Source of the DNA: Planctomycetota bacterium
Lineage (GTDB): Bacteria; Planctomycetota; UBA1135
Assembly: GCA_027623295.1 (NCBI GenBank)
Contig: JAQBXR010000013.1
Span: 3,250 to 67,249, forward strand
Reading direction: 5' to 3'
Length of the DNA: 64,000 bases
Shown: one piece after another, positions 57,583-64,000 of the stretch
Position numbering within the stretch: the stretch's first letter is position 1
How the letters are laid out: every line of letters begins with the position of its first letter
Program-made: the position numbers and the translations under genes
The notes under the pieces: generated by a model
What the model was told of the DNA's origin: nothing
Seen by the model: only the letters and a program-made list of their open reading frames with translations
Databases searched by the model: none

Positions 57583-59316
57583 ATGATTGGTCTCCTAACG
57601 GCCTTGGTTCTGGCGTCGGTGCAGCAAACACCGTCCTTGCCATTCCAATTTGATTTACCTCAAGGCTACAGCGCCTTTGAGGAATCCGCGGAAGGTCCAG
57701 GCTCTTGGGTCAGCACGCGCAAAGATGAGGGCGCGAGTTTCCGCGTAAGGCACTATGCGGTTACGCCGGGAGCGATTCCAGCGGCAGTAGCCAAGGATAT
57801 TCGCGACCGCATGTGGGCTCCGCGGCTGCATGGCATCGAACATGGCTTTGAGGCATGGGCGGGCAAGGTCGATGGCATCGAGGCAGCAGGTTGGATTATT
57901 TCCTACCAAGCTGACCGCAGCAGCATGACCATCCTGGAACGCATAGCCATTCAGGGCGAGGCCATGACCATGGTGGTCTGGGAAGGTCCCTCTGCTGGCC
58001 AGGAAGCCGCCTCAAAAATCCTAGATGACTTCACTGTGCCGGAAGCCTGGCTATCCATGCCCGCACCCGAGTATGACATCTACCGCGGGCTCGGCCCCTC
58101 GGCAAATGCACCGATGTTTCCAGGCGGTCTCGAGATCGACGTCTTCCTGCATTCTTTTGCAGTCGACGAGTTCTTCACCGTGCGCATCACTTATATTCCC
58201 GGACTAGCGCCAATCACTACGCAAGATCTCTCCTGGGTAATCCCTGAGGGCGCCAGCGTCCAAGAACAAGTCGATGATTTGGGTGGCCGTCGCATTGTGT
58301 ACCGCATCCCCATGGATCAAGCCTCTGGACTTGGCGGAAGTTATGGGATTACGCGCCTGGAAGGGCAAGAATTTAGTGCGCTAAATCCTCTGTGGCTTGC
58401 CCTGCCATCGCCCGCTGCGAGTATGAGGAACGTGCAAGCTCCGGCTTGGAAGATGACCATCACCCACCTTGCCAACCTGGAAGCAATTTCGACTTCGGTT
58501 ACGCGCAAGGATTTTGACGAAGCGAACAAGGCAACCATCACCGAGTTTGATGGACTTCAGGCTGGTGTTGCCTGGCCTTTCTTTTTGATTGGCGATTACG
58601 AGTTGCATCAAACCAGCAATCAAAACTGGCACCTGCGCTTGGACAGCAAGGCAACGCTACCGGAAGACGCCATGCTTGAGGTTATGCGGTTGCGCAAAGT
58701 TCTCGACGAGTGGCTTCCCCGAAACCACAGCCATTGGAACCTTGCTTCGTTTGCCTACATTGGAGATCGCGTAATGCCCGGCCTAATCGTCCTGGATGAG
58801 CAACGCAATTGGTTCACCTCTCCAGTCGATGGCACTCTAGATGGCCTCAGTCGCCGCACCGCACTTGCGCGCCTGCTTTGCCAAGAACCATTTGGTGCAC
58901 GCCTTCATGGTCGTGGAAGTGCTGCGTTATTCCTGGAAGCTTCGCTTGCTGAATACGCTACTTGGCGATTGCTCGAAGCCGCCGGAAACCAAGCCGATGC
59001 CGATGCCCTCCAGAAACAGTGGAGATCCAGCGAGTCACAAGCGGGCAAACTTCCTCAGCCACTTTCGATGTTAGAAAGCGGCGACCTCTACGGTCCACGG
59101 CGCTTGCTAAGCTTTGGTCCCCTGGTATGGCAAGCCATCGAAAAGCAGTGTGGCCGCGAGGCTTTCGATGCCATCCTTCGCGAGAAAATGGCGGAAGGAT
59201 TTTCCTGGTCGACTCAAGACCTTGAAGTTGCTTTGAAGGCTATCAATCCCAAAATTGATTGGGATGCTTTTTTCCTAAAGCACGTTTACGGGCGTCATTT
59301 GCCCGGTGCGGAATAA
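57583..59316 (+). CDS. Secreted protein with degenerate M1 aminopeptidase-like C-terminal region
   Basis: Signal peptide. LARLLCQEPFG..FLEASLAEY and ..G.EAFDAILR..FF resemble the M1 AHELAHQWFG..WLNEGFAEY layout but lack the zinc-binding His residues. Confidence 0.6.
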   Translation: MIGLLTALVLASVQQTPSLPFQFDLPQGYSAFEESAEGPGSWVSTRKDEGASFRVRHYAVTPGAIPAAVAKDIRDRMWAPRLHGIEHGFEAWAGKVDGIEAAGWIISYQADRSSMTILERIAIQGEAMTMVVWEGPSAGQEAASKILDDFTVPEAWLSMPAPEYDIYRGLGPSANAPMFPGGLEIDVFLHSFAVDEFFTVRITYIPGLAPITTQDLSWVIPEGASVQEQVDDLGGRRIVYRIPMDQASGLGGSYGITRLEGQEFSALNPLWLALPSPAASMRNVQAPAWKMTITHLANLEAISTSVTRKDFDEANKATITEFDGLQAGVAWPFFLIGDYELHQTSNQNWHLRLDSKATLPEDAMLEVMRLRKVLDEWLPRNHSHWNLASFAYIGDRVMPGLIVLDEQRNWFTSPVDGTLDGLSRRTALARLLCQEPFGARLHGRGSAALFLEASLAEYATWRLLEAAGNQADADALQKQWRSSESQAGKLPQPLSMLESGDLYGPRRLLSFGPLVWQAIEKQCGREAFDAILREKMAEGFSWSTQDLEVALKAINPKIDWDAFFLKHVYGRHLPGAE

Positions 59317-59347
59317 ATCTCCGTCCGCCCACTTCCCCCCAAAAATC

Positions 59348-60277
59348 ATGCGCATCTACTACCACCGCGACTTTGATGGCATGGCTTCCGCCGCCATTCT
59401 TGCGGATGCTCTCGAGAAATCTCGCAACGAAACCCAAGTCCGTTGGGCCGGGGTGAACTTTGACCGCACTTTGAACTGGGAAGACTTTGCCATGGGGCAG
59501 ACCTTTGCCGTCGTGGATTTTCATTTCCATCCACGTGCAAAGTATTGGTTTGATCACCACCCCACCACCTTCCTCACTGAGGAAGACCAGGCCAAGTTCA
59601 CCCCCGATGAAAACCGCTGCTTCGATCCAGAAGCGCCAAGCTGTCCGCCGATTATCTTGAAGCATGCCATCGAGCATTGGGGTTATGAACCACCAGCGCA
59701 CTTTGCCGAGTTGTCTAAGTGGTCGGACATTATCGATGCTGCGCGTTTTGGAACTGCCGACCAATCTTTGTTTGGCACCGAAGCCGCGATTCGAGTGAGC
59801 CGCGCTTTGACTTGTTCACCGGATTTAAGCTTTCATGACAAGGTGGTTGGCATGATGCGCGACAAGCCGCTGCTGCAGGTGGCCAACGATCCAACCATGG
59901 ATAAGTGCTATCAGCGTTCTTGCCGTAACCGCGACAATGCTTTGGAGAACTTCAGCGCCAACGTCCAAATGCGTTCTGCTACCGCACTGTTGGCCGATTT
60001 ACGTTCGCGCAAGATTCGCCGTGAACGCTTTGCGCCGTTCTACCTGAATCCAGAAATCAATTACGCCGTCACTTTGTTGCCGACCCGTGCTGGAGTCCAC
60101 ATCACAGTGGCTTCGAACCCATGGAACCGGCCAAAGAGTGATTTCCATCTTGGCAATGAGATGAAAAAATATGGCGGTGGCGGACATCAAGGCGTCGGTG
60201 GGTGCAATCCTCCCGATGAAACTACAGGACTTGCGTGGGCACATGAGATTTACCACGCTGTCGAAGGTCTCAGTTAA
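59348..60277 (+). CDS. DHH-family phosphoesterase
   Basis: YHRDFDGMAS, VVDF, WFDHH, C-terminal GGGGH. Start ATG 59348. Confidence 0.85.
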   Translation: MRIYYHRDFDGMASAAILADALEKSRNETQVRWAGVNFDRTLNWEDFAMGQTFAVVDFHFHPRAKYWFDHHPTTFLTEEDQAKFTPDENRCFDPEAPSCPPIILKHAIEHWGYEPPAHFAELSKWSDIIDAARFGTADQSLFGTEAAIRVSRALTCSPDLSFHDKVVGMMRDKPLLQVANDPTMDKCYQRSCRNRDNALENFSANVQMRSATALLADLRSRKIRRERFAPFYLNPEINYAVTLLPTRAGVHITVASNPWNRPKSDFHLGNEMKKYGGGGHQGVGGCNPPDETTGLAWAHEIYHAVEGLS

Positions 60278-60280
60278 ATC

Positions 60281-61324
60281 ATGGAATCCCTGCTTGAATC
60301 CCATCCATCCGCTTGGCCGGAGATCTTTAAGGAACTAGGTGTCCCCTCGTTCCATGGGAAGATTGCCGCGCGTTGGGTGTTTCAGCGGGGCGCGACCTCG
60401 TGGCAAGAGATGACCGATCTCCCGGCAAGTTTGCGCGAAATGCTGGAAGCCCAAACGCCTCTGCAGCGTGCACGCCTGGTCGACAAATCCGAAGCCCGCG
60501 ATGGTGCCGTCAAAGTCCTTCTTGCAATGGAAGACGACGCCACTGTGGAAGCTGTCGGCATGCCCGGCACCGATGGCCGCACCTTGTGCTTGAGTACCCA
60601 AGTCGGATGCGCAGTCAAATGCGGTTTTTGCGCAAGTGGCATGGAGGGTTTAAGCCGCAACTTGACTCAGGGTGAAATCCTGGAACAAGTGCTGTGGCTG
60701 CGACGCGCTCAGGGAGCCTTCCAGCGTATTGTGGTTATGGGCATGGGAGAAGCCGGCCACAACCTCGACGCCGTCCTGGGAGCCTTAGACGTACTCCTCG
60801 ATGACACTGGCTTTGGCCTTTCCGCGCGACGCATCACTCTGAGCACGGTTGGGCCTAAAAATGCCCTGCCACGGATTGCTGCGTGGGGACGGCCGGTCAA
60901 TATGGCGCTTTCGTTGCACGCGCCAGACGACCTCCTGCGCCAACAGCTGGTTCCTGGAGTGGCCAATCGTACTATTGCCGAAACCTTGGCCGAGGCCGAT
61001 GAACTCTTTGTTGCTCATGGCCGCGAGTACACCGTGGAATATGTGCTCTTGGCGGGCGTCAATGACTCGCCAGAACAGGCTGAAGCCCTGGCATCTCTTT
61101 TGTTTCGACGTCGCTGCCACGTGAATCTGATTCCCTTTAACCCTGTTCCGGAACTGGATTACGCGCGACCGGAGTCCATGGTTCAGGAAGATTTCGCGAA
61201 ACGCCTGCGAGAACGCGGCCTATCCGTTACCTTAAGAAGGAGTCTCGGGCGAGAATCTGATGCTGCTTGCGGCCAATTGCGCCGACGCAGCTTGCCCACC
61301 GACGACCTCCGAACGGAAGTTTAA
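60281..61324 (+). CDS. rlmN: 23S rRNA (adenine-C2)-methyltransferase RlmN (radical SAM)
   Basis: LCLSTQVGCAVKCGFCASG, VMGMGE, SLHAP, EYVLL.GVND, NLIPFN, AACGQL. Confidence 0.93.
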   Translation: MESLLESHPSAWPEIFKELGVPSFHGKIAARWVFQRGATSWQEMTDLPASLREMLEAQTPLQRARLVDKSEARDGAVKVLLAMEDDATVEAVGMPGTDGRTLCLSTQVGCAVKCGFCASGMEGLSRNLTQGEILEQVLWLRRAQGAFQRIVVMGMGEAGHNLDAVLGALDVLLDDTGFGLSARRITLSTVGPKNALPRIAAWGRPVNMALSLHAPDDLLRQQLVPGVANRTIAETLAEADELFVAHGREYTVEYVLLAGVNDSPEQAEALASLLFRRRCHVNLIPFNPVPELDYARPESMVQEDFAKRLRERGLSVTLRRSLGRESDAACGQLRRRSLPTDDLRTEV

Positions 61325-61333
61325 TCCAACACC

Positions 61334-64000
61334 ATGCGTTTTCTTCTACTGCTTGCTTGCCTGACCCTTCTTCCCGCTAGCGGCGGTGGTGAGAACCCAT
61401 TCCTTGAGAAACAACTCGCAACGGCCACGCGCTTATTGGAAGCCGGCAAAACTGCGGAAGCTCGTGGGTATATCGAGCGAGCACTGGAGCGCGATGACCA
61501 GCACTTAGGTGCCCTGCGTTTATGGGCACAAGTTTGCGCTAAAGGGGGTGACAATGACACTGCGGCTTATGCGCTGCACTCTTGGCTAGAAGTAGTGCGG
61601 GCGGCAGAGAAACCGACCGTTAAGAAGGTGATCATCAAAGAAGTTGAGGCGGAACTTGACCTGATCGATGTTGAGGCTAGGAGCTTCCGCAAACTCACAG
61701 ACCTTTACATCAAGGAGTTGTTGAAGCTCGAAGAGGATCACGTCAAGAAAGGACGGTTTCACTCGGCGCTTGCGATCCTCGATGAAGTGCTGCACATTGA
61801 TCCACGGAATCCGGAAGGACTGCGTTTATACAAAGAGATTCAACGCGAAGGCGGAGCCGATATCGCCACCGAAGATCTTTACGCCGGAACCGATCCAGGC
61901 GCGGGCGTCGACCCAGAGTGGATTGCAGAAGAAAATGCTAAACACGTGGAATGGGAAAATGCGTGGCGCAAAGAAACCGAGCATTACCGTATTCGCACCA
62001 ATGCTGGCTATATGGTTTTGCAAACGGCTGGCATTGCCATGGATCAAATGAACTTGGCCTACCGTCGCTTCTTTCACTACAAGGAAGATGGCGGAGCCGT
62101 GCCCAAGATCGATGTCCACGTTTTCAAAAACCGCGAGGAATACTTAGAACTCGGCAAAGACCCAGTGGACTGGTCTGCGGGCCACTTTACCGGCGATTCG
62201 GTGGAAACTTATATTGGCGGAGCCGAAGGGGAAGATGGCATCCGCGGAATGTACAGCGTGTTGTTCCACGAAGCCGCGCACCAGTTTGTTTCGTTAACCG
62301 GTAAAGGCGGTGTGCCTGGATGGTTAAATGAAGCTTACGCATCGTTTTTTGAAGGCACTACGATTTTGTCGAACGGAACTGTGCGCTGGAACCGAGTTAA
62401 CAATGGGCGTTTGTTTGCACTAGCTCCACGCCTGGAGTCCGGTTGGATGACCGACCACAACGATGGCATCCGTGATGCTAGCGGCGAATGGGGTGCTCCA
62501 ACCAAAGCACCGAGCTTGCGCATTCTGATTGAGAACCGGTATGAATGGGGCCCACCTTGGTATGCACCCACCTGGGGCGTGGTTTACTTTTTGTATAACT
62601 ACCGCGATCCAGAAACCGGCATTCCAGTTCTGCGCGCACCACTGCATGAGTACTACTTGTCCGGTGCCGGCAGCGTGGGCCCGAGCCGCCGCATTGAGCA
62701 TTTTGAAGAAATCGTTTTGGTTGGCGAAAACTCCCCCGCCAAAACCGTCGATGAGCTCACTGAAATTTGGGCTGAGTGGTTGTTGGAATTGCGCGATCGT
62801 CAACTGGGTCAAGGCAATGCGGAAGCCGATCTACTGCACTATGCCGATCTTGCCCTAGCACGAGGAGACAGCGAGTTGGCCCTTTCTATGCTGGAAGAAG
62901 CCCTGCTTTACGCCCCGGACAATCCGGAGACCCAATGGGAGTTAGCCAAGGTTTTGGAAGAACTCGGCAAAGATGACCGTGCGAGTTCTATGTACAGCAC
63001 CTTCGCTGCCGAACTGGAAATGCGCGGCCTTGCGGACAAGGATGATCGTTATGGTCAGGCACGCAAACTCATGGAAGAGCTAGACCCTCTCTTCCAAAAG
63101 CATAAGAAGTTGAAAATCAAGCTCGGCACCGATGGCCTGACCTTGGCCAAGACTTATCGAGCACGCGAAATGCCACGCATGGCCATGGAGATTGCGCGGC
63201 GTATGTCGGCGAGTTGGTCCATGCCAGAAGCCCTTGCCTTTTACACCGATGTTGCGCGCGAAAGCGGCATCAGCTTGGCGCGCTGGAAGATTGCCTACAA
63301 CGAGCTCACCCTCGATGGCTGGCAGCCCAATAAGTACTATCGCGCTTACGGCAAGATTGTCGATGTGCTGGTCGTCGATGATCCACTCATTAAAACTCCA
63401 CCCGGCTCCTTTCAGACGCAAGAGCTCTCCGCCGACGTTTCTTTCGATGCCGATTACTCCATTGAATCGGAGTTTCGTTTCGGCAAGGAACCAAACTTTA
63501 TGGGTTTGTGCTTCGGACGTAAAGACGGCAACAACACCCATGCTGTAGGTCTATACCCCAAAGGCGCTCTCGACGTCGCGACCAAGGCTGGTGGCAGCTG
63601 GACCACACGTGACCATCAACAGCTTTCCATCGCGCCTGGTTGGCACAAAATCAAGATTGACGTGGTCACTCAAACTGGTGCTTATGCCGCCGTCGACATT
63701 TACTTCGACGACTTGTATTTGCGTAGCATCGAAATGCCACGTGACAGTGTGCGAGGAGGTTTTGGCCTTATCACAGGTACTGGCGATGGGCACTTCCGCA
63801 ACATTCGGATTCTGGAACGAGACCCACATGATCCAGCCGCCCGCATTGAACGAGAGTTGGCTCTCAAGGAGCGTCTAGAGGATCCAAGCAGTCGTGCACC
63901 AGGTGTTTTTCAAGGTGTCGCCCCTCCTGACTTCAGCACCTTGCACGGCAAGTGGTTGCAAGGTGAACCGATGACCTTGCTCGACAATTACGGTCACCCC
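61334..64000 (+). CDS. Large secreted TPR plus zinc-metallopeptidase (DUF1570/MA-like) multidomain protein, truncated at the window end
   Basis: Absent from the ORF track because it has no stop in the window. ATG 61334 begins MRFLLLLACLTLLPA. TPR helices, LFHEAAHQF (62267-62281) and GWLNEAYASFFE gluzincin motifs, later a beta-rich domain. Confidence 0.88.
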   Translation, partial: MRFLLLLACLTLLPASGGGENPFLEKQLATATRLLEAGKTAEARGYIERALERDDQHLGALRLWAQVCAKGGDNDTAAYALHSWLEVVRAAEKPTVKKVIIKEVEAELDLIDVEARSFRKLTDLYIKELLKLEEDHVKKGRFHSALAILDEVLHIDPRNPEGLRLYKEIQREGGADIATEDLYAGTDPGAGVDPEWIAEENAKHVEWENAWRKETEHYRIRTNAGYMVLQTAGIAMDQMNLAYRRFFHYKEDGGAVPKIDVHVFKNREEYLELGKDPVDWSAGHFTGDSVETYIGGAEGEDGIRGMYSVLFHEAAHQFVSLTGKGGVPGWLNEAYASFFEGTTILSNGTVRWNRVNNGRLFALAPRLESGWMTDHNDGIRDASGEWGAPTKAPSLRILIENRYEWGPPWYAPTWGVVYFLYNYRDPETGIPVLRAPLHEYYLSGAGSVGPSRRIEHFEEIVLVGENSPAKTVDELTEIWAEWLLELRDRQLGQGNAEADLLHYADLALARGDSELALSMLEEALLYAPDNPETQWELAKVLEELGKDDRASSMYSTFAAELEMRGLADKDDRYGQARKLMEELDPLFQKHKKLKIKLGTDGLTLAKTYRAREMPRMAMEIARRMSASWSMPEALAFYTDVARESGISLARWKIAYNELTLDGWQPNKYYRAYGKIVDVLVVDDPLIKTPPGSFQTQELSADVSFDADYSIESEFRFGKEPNFMGLCFGRKDGNNTHAVGLYPKGALDVATKAGGSWTTRDHQQLSIAPGWHKIKIDVVTQTGAYAAVDIYFDDLYLRSIEMPRDSVRGGFGLITGTGDGHFRNIRILERDPHDPAARIERELALKERLEDPSSRAPGVFQGVAPPDFSTLHGKWLQGEPMTLLDNYGHP

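Noticed and set aside
61321-63878. Many short ORFs suggesting a fragmented or pseudogene region
   Set aside because: All are explained by one uninterrupted + frame from 61334 that runs off the window end.

Overview
A compact, gene-dense bacterial chromosome segment, probably from a Planctomycetota genome. That assignment is an inference from the eukaryotic-type UDP-sugar pyrophosphorylase, the tandem-type UvrA, many HEAT/TPR exported proteins and a DUF1570-like zinc peptidase. Most of the window is housekeeping: pfkB-recA-alaS, the rpmF-plsX-fabH-fabD-fabG-acpP-fabF operon, tRNA-Leu(CAA), purM, dxr-rseP-ubiA, dusB, tolC/ECF sigma/anti-sigma, tsaE-thiL, thiE-like, suhB-dacB-M28-galE-aroA, purC, mnmG and tig-clpP-clpX-rlmN. 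I saw no CRISPR array, prophage or IS element. Three signals stand out. (1) The 213-bp intergenic region at 14.5-14.7 kb holds a dif-like XerCD site about 55 bp from a phased array of DnaA boxes. Gene orientation converges there, and the neighbouring protein has a recombinase-like core-binding domain. (2) A tightly coupled three-gene cassette encodes a half-degenerate tandem UvrA, a bacterial XPB helicase and an XPB-partner protein, suggesting a hybrid excision-repair module. (3) The promoter architecture includes leaderless TANNNT starts, a palindromic bidirectional -10 element and head-to-head genes with almost no spacer. Several exported proteins also look like pseudo-enzymes. All family assignments are by eye from motifs, and no database searches were run.
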